A DNA stretch of 64,000 bases, from assembly GCA_002269645.1 (NCBI GenBank), contig NIVC01000928.1, forward strand, positions 251,424 to 315,423, in the 5' to 3' direction. The notes below the pieces were generated by a model. That model was not told the DNA's origin and searched no databases. It worked only from the letters and a program-made list of their open reading frames with translations. Source of the DNA: Macrostomum lignano. Taxonomy: Eukaryota. Below are positions 22,101 to 37,100 of the stretch, in pieces; positions within the stretch are counted from its first letter, which is position 1; each line of letters starts with the position of its first letter. The translations under genes and the position numbers were made by a program.

Positions 22101-25100
22101 CAGAAATGAAAATTACTTTGAAACTTTAAAACTAAAAAAACGCATTAGTACTCAAAAGTATACGAACACTGTAAAGTACATAATCAAAGTAGTATTACAG
22201 TGATTAAGGCATAAATTTACAAATTTTAGCACTTAGAGAACGCCTTTGGTGACAAGAAATGAACAGGCAGGCACTCACGTAGGTGTCCGGCCCGACCAGT
22301 TCGGCCTCCTCTGCAGCTGTCGGTGTCGCCCTCAGCCTGGCCTCGCCAAATTCCAGATCGTTGTCCACTTCGTCCAGCAGACGCTCCAAATCGTTAACAA
22401 CGCGCTCAACGCGTTCCAGCTTGGCCTCGGAGCTCGAACTCGCGATTGCGCGAGCCCGGCCGCCGCGCTGCACGCTGCCGGTAGCCGCGGCCATCAGCAG
22501 ATCCTCGGTCTTGTCGCTGTAGACGCTGACATTGTCCGCGGCTGACATGGCGGTCGCTGTCGATGCGGCAGTGGCTGCTCGCATCGGCGCCGGCATCGGA
22601 GTTGGCGTCGGCGCTTCCCCGTCGCCGCTGCCACGTCGGCCGCGCATTCGCCCCATGAGATCGGCGGTCTCCCTAGCCACTCTGTCCAGCTCCTGGCCGA
22701 GGGCGGCCGGATCGCCGGACTCGGTGCCGGAGAGCAGAAAGCGACTAGCCTGTGGAAGTAAACAAGACGGAAAGTACTTTAAACGTACGAATGAACTTTT
22801 TAAAGTACACAAGACTTTCCAAGTACGCACATACTTTACTCTTTAAGTAGGCACGTACTCTTCAAAAGTATGCATGTTGTACTCTTAAAGTACGCGTGCA
22901 CTCTTAAAGTACGCGTGCACTTTTAAAGTACACATGCACTCTCAAAGTATGCATGTACTTACCTGTTCAACATACTCCAGCTTCTTCAGCTGTGTCTCCA
23001 GCCTGGCCCGAATCTCTCTCGACTGCTCGCCGCTTGTTGAATCGTCCAGAGCCCGGCGTAGCTGGCCGCGCAGCCGATCGACTCCTCGGCGAATATCGCC
23101 GGCACCGCGGCCGCGCCGTTGCCGCCCGGTCAACCGGCCGGCCAGCGAGTCCAGCCGGCGATCCAGCCGGTCCAGCTGGGCCCGGGATTCGCCCCGTGCG
23201 TCCGTCCGGCCCAGCCCGGCCAGCTGGCGGTGCTCGGCGGACAGCGCGGAGGCCTCAGCCGTCAGGGCGTCGAGGCGCTGTCGCAGCTCGTTCAGCTCCT
23301 CCTCCTGACTGTCGATGTCGTCGCCCCGCTCGTGCAGCGCCAGCAGGTCGGTCTCCAGGCCGGAAACGGCCGACTCCAACTGGCGAAGGGTGTCGCGCAT
23401 CTTCTGCCAGCAGCGCCAGGTGTCTTCGATCTCTAATCTGCGCTCCATAGCGCGCTGACAGATTCGGCGCCAGCGCTGCTCCAGACTGCGCATCGCGCGC
23501 TGAATGGCCAGGCGCTCCTGCTCGGTGGGGCAGGCGTCCCGCTCGTAAATCAGCAGCTCGCATAGGTTGATCACGGCCTGGATGCCCGCACTGCGCGACT
23601 CGATCTCCGACTGCAGCTTCTGCGGGGGGCCAGGGGGTCAGGTAAGCTGGTAGATTACTCAAACAACTGTAGGTAGATTACTCATACAACTGCAGGTAGA
23701 TTACTCAAACAACTGCAGGTAGATTACTCATACAACTGCAGGTAGATTACTCAAACAGCTGCAGGTAGATTACTCAAACAACTGCAGGTAGATTACTCAA
23801 ACAGCTGCAGGTAGATTACTCAAACAACTGCAGGTAGATTACTCAAACAGCTGCAGGTAGATTACTCAAACAACTGCAGGTAGATTACTCAAACAGCTGC
23901 AGGTAGATTACTCATACAACTGCAGGTAGATTACTCAAACAACTGCAGGCAGATCACGGTAACCTGTAACCATAAAGAACACCCAGATCGCCAATGCCCC
24001 CCCGCAAACCTGGTGAGCCAGAGTCTTCCGCTGTATCTCGGCAAAGTCGCAGGCCTCGTACACGAGCTTGGCCTGCAGCTCCCGCTCGGTGGCCAGCAGC
24101 CAGCCCCGCAGCTTCTGCATGCTGAGCTCGAGCTGGCGCACTGAGTCCAGAGTGTCCCGCAGCCGAGCCAGCCGATCGTCGGTTGCCAACTGCAGCGACT
24201 GCCACCGATCGTCCAGCCTCTGCAGCTTGAACTGGATGTCCCGGGATCGAACCTCGGAGCTGGCCGACAGCAGGGCGCGGCCGCACTCCAGCGTCTCATT
24301 GTAGGCCGACTGCATCGCGGCGATCTCGGCTTTGTACTCCTGGGGTGGGGTTGGGGATTTTCGCAGGTGAGGCAGAGAACTTTGCTTTATACTGAACTGT
24401 GCTTGAAGCCGGCAGGCCAGTTGATGGAATATTTAATTATAGGAGACCCTAGCAACCGCCGTAGCCAAGTCAATATAAGGCAGCTGAGAAGTTTGCTCAG
24501 CCTAGCTAGTGCTTTCTCTTGGCCGGCTGTTAAAGTTTGCTTTCTACTCTTTTAAACGCATCGTTAAGTTGGTGGTAAAATTTTTTTCAAAGTTTACTTT
24601 CGCTACATATCGGCTCAGATACGGCTCTGAAAGTTTTGGAGCAGATTTTCAGGTAGATTTGGGGTAGATTCATAGTAGTTTTGGAGCAGATTTTCAGGTA
24701 GATTGGGGGTAGATTCATAGTAGTTTTGGAGCAGATTTTCAGGTAGATTTGGGGTAGATTCATAGTAGTTTCGGAGCAGATTTTCAGGTAGATTTGGGGT
24801 AGATTCATAGTAGTTTTGGAGCAGATTTTCAGGTAGATTGGGGGTAGATTCATAGTAGTTTTGGAGCAGATTTTCAGGTAGATTTGGGGTAGATTCATAG
24901 TAGTTTTGGAGCAGATTTTCAGGTAGATTTGGGGTAGATTCATAGTAGTCTTGGAGCAGATTTTCAGGTAGATTTGGGGTAGATTCATAGTAGTTTTGGA
25001 GCAGATTTTCAGGTAGATTTGGGGTAGATTCATAGTAGTTTCGGAGCAGATTTTCAGGTAGATTTGGGGTAGATTCATAGTAGTTTCGGAGCAGATTTTC

Positions 25101-28100
25101 AGGTAGATTTGGGGTAGATTCATAGTAGTCTTGGAGCAGATTTTCAGGTAGATTTGGGGTAGATTCATAGTAGTTTTGGAGCAGATTTTCAGGTAGATTT
25201 GGGGTAGATTCATAGTAGTTTCGGAGCAGATTTTCAGGTAGATTTGGGGTAGATTCATAGTAGTTTTGGAGCAGATTTTCAGGTAGATTTGGGGTAGATT
25301 CATAGTAGTATTGGAGCAGATTTTCAGGTAGATTTGGGGTAGATTCATAGTAGTTTTGGAGCAGATTTTCAGGTAGATTTGGGGTAGATTCATAGTAGTT
25401 TTGGAGCAGATTTGCAGGTAGATTTGGGGTAGATTCATAGTAGTTTTGGAGCAGATTTGCAGGTAGGTTTGGGGTAGATTCATAGTTTTGGAGCAGATTT
25501 GCAGGTAGATTTGGGGTAGATTCATAGTTTTGGAGCAGATTTGCAGGTAGATTTGGGGTAGATTCATAGTAGTTTTGGAGCAGATTTTCAGGTAGATTTG
25601 GGGTCGATTCAAAGTAGTTTTGGAGCAGATTTTCAGGTAGATTTGGGGTCGATTCAAAGTAGTTTCGGAGCAGACTTGGGGTGGATTAGTATTTTTGGAA
25701 GCAGAATAACCTGCGGATTTAAGGTAGATTTCTGAAGGCTGGACAGATAAACTATGAAGCTCATAGTTTACTCAAAAGTTATATTAGCTATCGATTGAAT
25801 TGCACTCACGCTGGCGATCCTGTCAATCAAGTCTTCCACCTGATAGTCCTGACTGACGCCAACCTTCGCCTCCATGCCGGTCAGCCACTCCATTAACCGG
25901 TCGTATCTGCGGGCGCAATATGAATTTAGCAATGGTGTAGCAGCTGTTCCTAACAAATTCCATAATAATCAAACAGCATTTCAAAAAAACAATAAACCAC
26001 AATAAACCTCAATAAACAAACAAACCTGTCGTTAAATTCACGCCACTCATTAACGCCGTGCTGCAGTCGGTCCTCTTTGAGCAGCAATCGATGATGAAGC
26101 TCGTCCCACAGTTTCTCCAGCAGCACAGTTCGCTGATGCAGCAGGTGAATGTCTTCAGCGCTGACCAGCTCCCTCAGCTGGCGCTCTTTGTCGCGCAGAC
26201 GGTCCCGAACGCCGCTAGTTGACTCGAATGTTTTCAGATAGTCCTAGAATATTTTTTAGAAAATATATAATAAAGTAATGTCCGATTATAACTACTGACA
26301 AAATTTTAATTTATAAAAGTAGCGTAATTAGCAATTTTCGTACGAATTTCACACAGCTTACAATTTTTATTATAGAATCACTCAGATGGGATAAAAAGCG
26401 GTAAAAAATTGAGAAAACTTTCGCATAGGGAAAAACAGAAAAGTAACAAAAATAGAATCTCAGCTAATACTTCGATATTCATTGGCTTCCACCTTGCTGA
26501 TATGCTTGAATCCACATTAGATACGGGGCAATTATCATGGCTGATTTTGTGACAATTCTCAAGCATTGACTAGAGCTAAGGTGTGTAGTAAAAGTACAAC
26601 ATAAAAATAAAACAAAAGCGATAAAAACAGAGGATAGAATTTTTCCGCGACAGATTCTTTTTGCTTTCATAAGCAGCGACTTACGTAGAGTTGATCGAGG
26701 AATTCCTTCTGTAGAAATGTCAAAAGACATTGGGTTGATAAAGTTTACTTTCGATACATATCGGAAGTTTAAATCATCATAAAAAATTCTATCTAAACTG
26801 CTTCCCAGCACTTTTAAAAGTTACATGTAAAAGTAGAAATCACAATACGTGTTCAAATCAGTATTAAAAAACTAACAAATTGAAAAAGATTCGAACCTAC
26901 AACCTTCCTATCCTACATAGAAATCAACTTTCGATACAAATCGGAGGTATTAGCTACTTGAATAATATTTCAAACTGCAAATTTTAAAATTCAAGTTATA
27001 GGTCTGAAAAGAGATAGATACAGACATTTTTAACTACGTGTATAATAAAGTCCCAAAAATCCCATCGAAGATTCGAACTCATGACCTTCCCGCCTCAAAA
27101 AACTCACCCGACATCGCTGAGCCTCCGCGTGCAACTCGTCGAACGCTGTCGGGGCCTCGCGCTCAGCAAACAGTCGAACCTCGCGCAGCCAGGCAAGACA
27201 GTCTCGGACACCTTCGTCCGCTTCCGTCCACAGCTGGCAGATGTTGTCCAGGCGGTTCAGCTGCTCAGTCAGTCCTCGATTAACCGCCTGCCAGCGAGCG
27301 TCCAACTCGGCTGTTCGTGCCTCCAGACCGGCTCGGACAGTCGGCTGTCCGGACATCTCGGCCAGCTGTTTAGCCATGTCGCGGCAGCGGGCGTGCGACT
27401 CGGCGCGCTCGCCAGCCGAAGCCTGGCACAGCCGGAGCTGCTCGGCCAGGATTCGAACCTGCGGACGGTTGAGACAGTGTTATTCGAATGTGTTGAGAAA
27501 AGAATACTATCGATACATATCGGGATAAAGAATACTATCGATACATTTCGGGATAAATAATACTATCGATACATATCGGGATAAAGAATACTATCGATAC
27601 ATTTCGGGATAAATAATACTAACGATACATATCGGGAAAATATTACTATCGATACATATCGGGAAAATATTACTATCGATACATATCGGGAAAATATTAC
27701 TATCGATACATACTGGGAAAATATTACTATCGATACATACTGGGAAAATATTACTATCGATACATATCGGGAAAATAATATCGTTACATATCGGGAAAAT
27801 ATTAATATCGATACATATCGGGATAAATAATACTATCGATACATATCGGGATAAAAAATACTATCAATACATATCGGGATAAATAATACTAACGATACAT
27901 ATCGGGAAAATATTACTATCGTTACATATCGAGAAAATAATATCGATACATATCGGGATAAATAATACTAACGATAAATATCGGGAAAATATTACTATCG
28001 ATACATATCGGGAAAATAATAACATCGTTACATATCGGGAAAATATTACTCGATAAATACTAGGAAAAAGATACTATCGTTACATATCGGGAGATATAGA

Positions 28101-31100
28101 ATCGACGGTAAATATCAAGAAATATAGTTTTCGATACATATCGGAAAGAAGTAACAAACCTTCTGCATGCTGGCCACACTGAAGCGGCACATATCCAATC
28201 GGTCCTCGGTGTCGGCCAGCCAATTCATGAGGCCCTCCAGCAGCGCCTGGTAGCTCTGCCACTGCGCCAGCCAAGCGTCAGTAGAGGCCTTCCGCTGCCT
28301 AGCCTGGCTGCACACGGCGTTCCACTGCTGCTCAAGCGACTCCAACTTCTCGGCTAGTTGAGCTCGAACGTCGGGATCGGCACATCGGCGCAGGTAGGCG
28401 CCGCCGTCGGCTAGCAGAGCTTGAAGCACCTGCTGCCGACTGACCAGCCGGTGTAGGAAGCTGTCCAGGGCCGCCTGCTGGCGCTGCAGGGCCGGCTCGC
28501 CACCGACCGGCGGCATGTCGGGCGCGCCGCTCGCTGATGGCGCCAGGTCGCGCTGGGCGGCGTCCAGGAATTGGCGCCATTCGGTCACCTTGTCCAGGAA
28601 GGTCTCCTGCGGTGTGAACGGTTCGAGAGCGGGTTTTCATTAGCAAAGGGGCAGAGGGCGGATTTTAATGGCTGATGTGAGTGGTTAGAAGGGCGGATTT
28701 AGGCGGTAGAGAGCGAATTTGAATAGTATAGGAGCGGATAGGAGTGGTAGAGAACGGTTAGAAAAGCCAGAGGGAGGATTTAGAGTGAGCGGATATTTTA
28801 GTAGGGAGCGGATAAGAGAAGTAGGGGGCGGATGAGTAGTAGAGAGCGGATATGAATACCTGAGGGTAGTCATATGAGTAGTAGAGAGCGGATATAAGAG
28901 GTAGAGGGCGGATATAAGCGGTAGAGGGCGAATATAAGCGGTAGAGGGCGGATATAGGCGGTAGAGGGCGGATATAGGCGGTAGAGGGCGGATATAGGCG
29001 GTAGAGGGCGGATATAAGCGGTAGAGGGCGGATATAAGCGGTAGAGGGCGGATATAAGCGGTAGAGGGCGGATATAGGCGGTAGAGGGCGGATTTAATCC
29101 ATAGACAGCGCACACAAAAGAGCAGAAGGCAACTTTCTCAAACTAACCTGCACAAGCACAGACGCCTGCAGGGCCCGGCTCCGGTCCAGGCACTGGGCCA
29201 TGAGGCGCTGCCACTGCTGGCTGAGCTGCCTCACCCTGGCCACGTCGGACTCGCCCAGCCAGCTGGCTTGGCACAGCTCCCCCAGCCTGTCAATCTGGTA
29301 CTGCCGCTGAGCGAACAGGTCGGTCAGACCCAGCAGCTCGCACAGTCGTTTCTGAGTGTCCTCGATTGAGTCGCCCGAGCCGGGCTCCGGGTCGGGCTGG
29401 GCCAGGCAGGACTCGGCGCTGTCCAGGAAGGCCTGCGCCGAGTTGAACATGTCGAAGAATCGCTTGCGCTGGGCGCTGCTGCGGTCCACCTGGGACGGCG
29501 GTTGGGGTCGGGCGATTGGGCTTTGAAGTTTTGAAATATCCCTTGCACTCTTCTCAACCTGTTTGCCCTCTCCTTCGCCCTCTCTGCCTTCTCCTTTACC
29601 CTCTATGCCTTCTCCTTTACCCTCTTTAACCTCTCCTTCCATTCCATGCCCTCTCCTTCACCCTCCATACCCTCTCCTTCCCCCTCCATGCCCTCTCCTT
29701 CACCCTCTCTGCCCTCTCCTTCCTCCTCCATACCCTCTCCTTCCTCCATACCCTCTCCTTCCCCCTCCATGCCCTCTCCTTCACCCTCTCTGCCCTCTCC
29801 TTCCTCCTCCATACCCTCTCCCCCCCTCCATACCCTCTCCTTTCTCCTCCATACCCTCTCCTCCCCCCTCCATACCCTCTCCTTCACCCTCCATACCCTC
29901 TCCTTCCCCCTCCATGCCCTCTCCTTCACCCTCTCTGCCCTCTCCTTCCTCCTCCATACCCTCTCCTTCCCCCTCCATGCCCTCTCCTTCACCCTCCATA
30001 CCCTCTCCTTCCCCCTCCATGCCCTCTCCTTCACCCTCTCTGCCCTCTCCTCCCCCTCCATGCCCTCTCCCCCCTCCATGCCCTCTCATCCCCCTTACAT
30101 GCCCTCTCCTTCCCCCTCCATGCCCTCTCCTCCCCCCTCCATGCCCTCTCCCTTCCGCAGCGCTCACCTCCATCTGGAACTTCTTCAGCACGGATCGCAG
30201 GGCCGACCGTCTCTGGTCGATGGCGGTCTCCGCAGCGGCCATCGCCGACAAGTTGGACGATTCCATTCGGCCTGACAGACCGCTGCCGCGGGCTTCGGCC
30301 AGCCGGCGCAGTCGGGCGGTCAGCGGAGCGTCTAGCTCGGAGTCCAGCACACGGCAACGGCTTAGCAACGCGGCCGGATCGAGCGGTTGAGTCGCCAAGC
30401 CTCCGCCGTCGCCTCGCATCAGGCGGTCGGCTGAGCGCTCCTGCAACAGGCAGGTGTGGAGTTGCTGATACTTAAAGTACTTTTGGGGGAATTAAAAGTA
30501 CTTAAAAGGTCATTCTTAGGACTGATAAGGCTCGAAAGGCACTTCAAGGTAGATTGACGAGTCTTACGCTCGTATGTTTTAAAGTTCTTTGAAAATGATC
30601 TTAAAAGTACTCTCTATGCAAGGTGATTCTTAAAAAGTACTTTAGTGAGACGATTTATCGATATCAAAATTCCGATGGCTCAAAAAAAAGATTATACGCT
30701 TGTAGAAGTCATTTTAAGGGCGATTCTAAGAAAATGTACACATAAATTACAAGAACATGTACTCAACCATTTAAAGTTGAGTAAAAACATTTGCAGGTGT
30801 TTGCCTTCGGCGAAAGCGTCCCACAAGGAAAGGATCCAAAAGTGGCCCAAACCAGATTTCATCCCAGATTTCAGATTTGCAAACGGAGGTTTCTCTCACC
30901 TGTTCGGCCAGAAACTTTTCGCATTCGTCCAGGGCGTCGTTGTACGCCTTCCACTGTCCGGCTGTCCGGGACAGCTCGGCCGCTCTTTCAGACGCTTCGC
31001 TGGCAGCCTGGCGCCACCTGGCGGCGAAATCCTTGCGAGAAGCTTCCAGACTCCGAGCTACGGCGGGCTCGCACAGGCGACTCAGAATGTCCGACGACCT

Positions 31101-34100
31101 GGCCAGCTCGCCCAGCTCGTCTCCGTCTGTCCGAAGATGCTCGGCCAGTTCGGACAGCCGTTCAACCGAGGCTACAAACTCGGGCAGCTCGCCGCCAGCC
31201 AGGCGATTTCTGTCTAGCAGGTAGGTGACCTCGGCCAGCAGCTGGGTGGCCGCCTGCTGCGCCCGGCTGTGCGACTCCCACTGGGCCAGGGCGTTGGCCA
31301 GGCGGGACTTCACCTGGGGGAGGGATCGGTACAGGGGCTCATGCCTTGATCAGGACTAACTAATGCTTCAAAAAAGGTCAACAGGTCATAGGTCAATGGG
31401 TCGATGGGTCAACTGTTCAATGGACAAGTAGATCATTGAATGGGTCAATAGGTCACAAAGTTGACTAAATAGGTCACTAAATAGGCAAACAGGTCACTGA
31501 ATAGATATGCAGGTCACTGAATGGGTCAATAGGTCACTGAATGGGTCAATAGATCACTTAATAGGTCAATAGGTCACTGAATTGGCAAATGGATTACTGA
31601 ATAGGTCAATAGGTCACTGAATGGGCAAATGGGTTACTGAATAAGCGGATGGTCACTGAATGGGTCAATGGTCAGTTAGCAGACGCATTAAGCGGATGAG
31701 TTAAAGGCTAATAGGTCAATGAGCTAACTCAGTGGGTCAGCAATCAGTCCACCTCAAACAGACACAAGCAAGCACACAGTCACAAGCACTGACTCACCTG
31801 TGTCAGCTGATTATTGACCAGCGCCAGTTCCTGAGCGAGCCGCTGCAGCAGTTCCCGCATACACTGGGGATTGACAATCAGCGAGTCGCAGCCCAGGCAG
31901 CCAGAAGCGCCGGCTTCCTCAGTCAGCAGACTGCGGGCCTCGGTCTCCAGGGCAGCCAGCTGCGGCTCCAGAGCCGCCAGATCAGCCGCGGTGGCCTCGG
32001 CTTCCCTGGCCGCGAACCTGGCGCCCTCCTCGTGCCCGATCTCGCCCAGACCGGCCACTCGAGCTTTCAGCTCGTTCAGTCGAGCCGTCAGAGCCGAGCC
32101 TCGGTCGTCCACGGCGGCCCAGCGCCGGGCGAAGGCCTCCAGGCTGGTGGCGATGCTGGCGACGGAGTCGCTGGCCCGGTCGAAGTCGGCGCCCAGCCGG
32201 GTCAGGGATTCGAACTCGCGAGCATCCGACTGGGCGAGGCGAAGCTCGGCGAAGGACTCGCGAACGAAGGCGAGGGTAGGGGAGCGGGTGGACAGCTCGA
32301 CTCGGAGCGACTGGAAGGACGGTGAAAAGGTTTTCAAGGATGTCAAGTATGAGTGTACGAACCCATTCTCACTCTATACAGAAAGCTAGGTCACTCTCAT
32401 ACAGTCAATTGTCACTATATGCACAAAGCTAGGTCACTCTCATACAGTCAATTGTCACTATTGCACAAAGCTAGGTCACTCCCATACAGTCAATTGTCAC
32501 TATATGCACAAAGCTAGGTCACTCCCATACAGTCAATTGTCACTATATGCACAAAGCTAGGTCACTCCCATACAGTCAATTGTCACTATATGCACAAAGC
32601 TAGGTCACTCCCATACAGTCAATTGTCACTATATGCACAAAGCTAGGTCACTCCCATACAGCCAATTGTCACTATATGCACAAAGCTAGGTCACTCCCAT
32701 ACAGTCAATTGTCACTCTATACACAAAGCAGGTCACTCCCATATAGTCAATTGTCACTCTATACACAAAGCTAGGTCACTCCCATATAGTCAATTGTCAC
32801 TCTATACACAAAGCTAGGTCAATCCCATACAGAAAACCGTCACTCTATACACAAAGCAGGTCACTCCCATATAGTCAATTGTCACTCTATACACAAAGCT
32901 AGGTCACTCCCATACAGCCAATTGTCACTATATGCACAAAGCTAGGTCACTCCCCATACAGTAAGCTGTCACTCTTTACAATAAGATAGGTCACTCCCCA
33001 TACAGTAAATTGTCCCTCTTTACAGAAAGCTAGGTCACTCCCCATACAGTAAACTGTCATTCTATCTACAAGGCTAGGGTCACTCCCTAGCTGGGTAAAA
33101 GTACAGCAGAACGGTAAGCCCATCAATTCATAGATTTTTGACAAGCCAGCCATCGAAGCCTCACCTGGAACTCGGCGGCCAGCGCCTCAGTCTCGGCCCG
33201 GCTGTGCAGAGTCCGCCTGCTCGCGCTCGCCAGCCGGGACTCGAACCCGGACAGCCAGTCGCGCAGTCCCAGCAGGGCCTCGTGGCTGGGCGTCAGCTCG
33301 CGTTCCCGGCGCTGCAGCCGAGTCTCCAACGCCCGCCAGCGCCGCTCCAGACCGACCCAGGCCGCTTCGACCTCCTCGGCTCGTCGACGTCGAGATGTCG
33401 TTGAAGCCAATGCCGACGGTGAGCCGGCAGCCAGGTCCTGAAGTAGCCGACGCTCGCGCTGGCGAGACTCCAGCAGCTGGGCCACGGTGCACAACCGCTC
33501 CAGGCCGGCCCGGACGCCTTCTAGCGAGGCCTCCTCCGCTGCCGCTGCTCCCGAGGCCGCAGTCGCCGACTCCAGTTCGACCTCCGCCCGCTGCAAGCAG
33601 TCGCTAACATCAGCCAGGTGTTGGGCGAATTCTTCGCCAACTCGGCGACGATCTTCGGCTACGGAGAGTTGATCTTCCACCGAGTCGGTCAGCTGCACCC
33701 AGCGCTCGGCCAGGTCGGACAAGGCGGTCTCCAGGCGGGGACAGGCCACCCAGCCGAGCAGCAGGCGGCCCCGGTCCACCAGCTGGAACACTGCTGAGCG
33801 GCGGCCGCGGAGCGAGCTGGCCAGCTCTTGCAGGCCGGAGAGGCGGCGCTCCTCTGCCGCTTCATCAGCTGCTGGTGGCTGCGACTGCAGCAGTGCACGG
33901 GATGGCGGGGCTGTTTCAGATCCCCAGAACTCTGATCCCTATTCTCCAAAAAATTCTTATTTATTTCAGATCCCCGATTCTCCTGTTTATTTCAGATCCC
34001 CGATTCTCCCGTTTATTTCAGATCCCCATTCTCCCGTTTATTTCAGATCCCCATTCTCCCGTTTATTTCAGATCCCCATTCTCCCGTTTATTTCAGATCC

Positions 34101-37100
34101 CCGTTTTCCCCTTATTTCAGATCCCCATTCTCCCCTTATTTCATATCCTCATCATCCCCTTGTTTCAGATCCCCATTCTTCCCTTATTTCAGATCCCCAT
34201 TCTTTCCCATTATGTCAGATCTGAATTCTCCCCTTACTTCCAATCCTCATTCTCCCCTTCAGATCCCCACCCTTCCCTTATTTCAGATCCTCATTCTCCC
34301 CTCGATCTCCTTGACCTTCAAAACTCACCCGAATCTCGGCCAGCCTGTCGGCCGCCCCGGCCACCCAGGCATCAAGCTGAGCCAGCCGGTCGTCCAGCTC
34401 AGCCCAGTCCTGAGCGAGGGTCTCCATCTGGTTAGTTCGCTGAGCAGCTGCCAGCTTCACTGCCCGAGCCACCTGGCCCAAGCGGGCGTGCTGAACGGAG
34501 TGCCGGGCCGCCTCGCGCGGGTCTAAGCGACGCCGAGCCTTGATGAAGGAGGTCGATAGTATCTTAGACATGTTTGGAATCCCTTGATTAGAATTCTTCA
34601 AACCAAAATCGCCCCTGATTAGAATCCTTCAAAATCGCCCCTGATTAGAATCCTTCAAAATCGCCCCTGATTAGAATCCTTCAAACCGAAATCGCCTGAT
34701 TAGAATCCTTCAAACCAAAATCGCCCCTGATTAGAATCCTTCAAAATCGCCCCTGATTAGAATCCTTCAAAATCGCCCCTGATTAGAATCCTTCAAACCA
34801 AAATCGCCCCTGATTAGATTCCTTCAAACCAAAATCGCCCCTGATTAGATTCCTTCAAACCAAAATCGCCCCTGATTAGATTCCTTCAAACCAAAATCGC
34901 CCCTGATTAGATTCCTTCAAACCAAAATCGCCCCTGATTAGATTCCTTCAAACCAAAATCGCCCGATTAGAATCCTTAAAAATCGCCCCTGATTAGAATC
35001 CTTCAAAATCGCCCCTGATTAGATTCCTTCAAACCAAAATCGCCCGATTAGAATCCTTAAAAATCGCCCCTGATTAGAATCCTTAAAAATCGCCCCTGAT
35101 TAGAATCCTTAAAAATCGCCCCTGATTAGAATCCTTAAAAATCGCCCCTGATTAGAATCCTTCAAACCAAAATCGCCCGATTAGAATCCTTAAAAATCGC
35201 CCCTGATTAGAATCCTTCAAAATCGCCCCTGATTAGAATCCTTCAAACCAAAATCGCCCGATTAGAATCCTTAAAAATCGCCCCTGATTAGAATCCTTCA
35301 AACCAAAATCGCCCGATTAGAATCCTTAAAAATCGCCCCTGATTAGAATCCTTCAAACCAAAATCGCCCCTGATTAGAATCCTTCAAACCAAAATCGCCC
35401 CTGATTAGAATCCTTCAAACCAAAATCGCCCCTGATTAGAATCCTTCAAACCAAAATTGTCCGATTAGAATCCTTCAAAATCGCCCTGAGTACTCTCGAA
35501 AGCAGTCAATGCCTGACATCTACCTGCTCAAGCGTTGCCTCGTGAGTCTCCAGGCCCTCAAAGAAGGCCCGATGCTGCTGCTGCTGCCGCCGAACGTCGG
35601 CCGAATCAGCGGCAGTCAGGGAAGCCTCGGCCAGCTTGGATTCGGCAGTCTCCAGGTACTCAGCCCAGCTGTGCAGCATCTGCTCGTACTGAGCCTGGCT
35701 GGTCTGGATTCTGTGCAGCTCCTGGCGCCGCTCAGTCACCCGGACTCGAAGCTCCTCCCAGTCGATGCGCAGGCTCTGCAGCTCGCCAGATCTGTCCGCT
35801 TCGCTGAACTGCGGCGCCCGTTCCAGGATGCGGCCGCCTTTGCGAGTGAGCTCGGCCAGCTTGGCCTCGTACTGCCGGATGGTGGCCTCCAGCAGCTGCA
35901 GGTGTGTGGGATTTGAATGGGGGATTTTACTGGGGAAGTTGAGGCTATGTTAACGAGTCGATTTCGGCAGGTTAATTTGATAACTTGGAATTGGCAGTTG
36001 AAGCGCTGTTGGATGGTAGCTGAGTGGTATCTGAGAGGTAGTTGAGGGTAGCTGAGTAGTATCGGAGGGGTAGTTGAGTGGTAGTTGAAGGGTAGCTGAG
36101 GGGTAGTTGAGGAGTAGTTTAGTGGTAGTTGAAGGGTGCTGAAGGGTAGCTGAGAGATAGTTGAGGAGTAGTTAAGTGGTAGTTGAAGGGTAGCTGAGGG
36201 GTAGTTGAGGAGTAGTTTAGTGGTAGTTGAAGGGTAGCTGAGGGGTAGTTGAGGAGTAGTTTAGTGGTAGTTGAAGGGTAGCTGAAGGGTAGCTGAGAGA
36301 TAGTTGAGGAGTAGTTAAGTGGTAGTTGAATGGTAGCTGAGGGGTAGTTGAAGAGTAGTTGAGTAGTAGTTGAATGGTAGCTGAGGGGTAGCTGAGTGCT
36401 AGTTTAGCAGGTATTTGAGAGGTAGCTGAGGAGAAGTTGAAGCATTAGCAAATATTACCGATGGAGGGTTTGGTGACAGGCAATACCTAGCTATTTGAAA
36501 ATACAAAACCGATCCAATCAAGTCGCTCACCTGACTGTCCCGCATCTGCTGCTCAACTGGAGCTGAGGAGTCTCTCGAAGCTTCGTACTGCCTCCGGCTG
36601 GCCTCCAGCTGCGCCCGAACCCGGGCGATCTCGTCTTTGAAGCCGCGCCACTCGCGCTGGCACTCGTTCAGTCGGGCCTGCCTCCGCTGGGCGCACTGCT
36701 CAAGCAGACTCAGCCTACCGTCCAGGTCCGCCACCGACTCCATGGCCAGGTCGGCCGCGCGTTCCCCGCCCGCCAGGCTGCCCACAACAGCCGGCGTGGC
36801 GTCGGACAGACGCTGGGATTGGTCGCAAATTCTTGACAGCTCTTCTAGTAGGATCTGCGAGAGTTTGAGAGTTTTTTGGGAGAATCGATTCGATTGGTCA
36901 GTAGCGGTCATTTGAGGACAACAGTTGGGTTAAAGTCGGTGACTTGTTGTTCAGGACCAATGTCAATGTCTTGGAACACGGGTGCTGAAAATACCATAGA
37001 CTTAGGTCATCTGAGGACACAAGTGTTAAAAATACCACAGACTTAGGTCATCTGAGGACACGAGTGTTAAACATACCATAGACTTAGGTCATCTGAGGAC

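Noticed and set aside
20450-23662. Many plus-strand and off-frame ORFs overlapping GC-rich exons
   Set aside because: Expected shadow ORFs of high-GC coding sequence.
24587-25657. Long repeat-derived ORFs (also 58279-59319, 15212-15950, 5328-6119, 37831-38400, 53835-55316)
   Set aside because: Translations of intronic minisatellites whose period is a multiple of 3 or that lack stop codons; no splice or homology support.
20268-36911. Calling the spectrin gene dystrophin, spectraplakin or alpha/beta-spectrin
   Set aside because: No WW/ZZ, EF-GAR or PH end. It terminates in TM plus a KASH-like tail, and exons 26-27 resemble nesprin-1 specifically.
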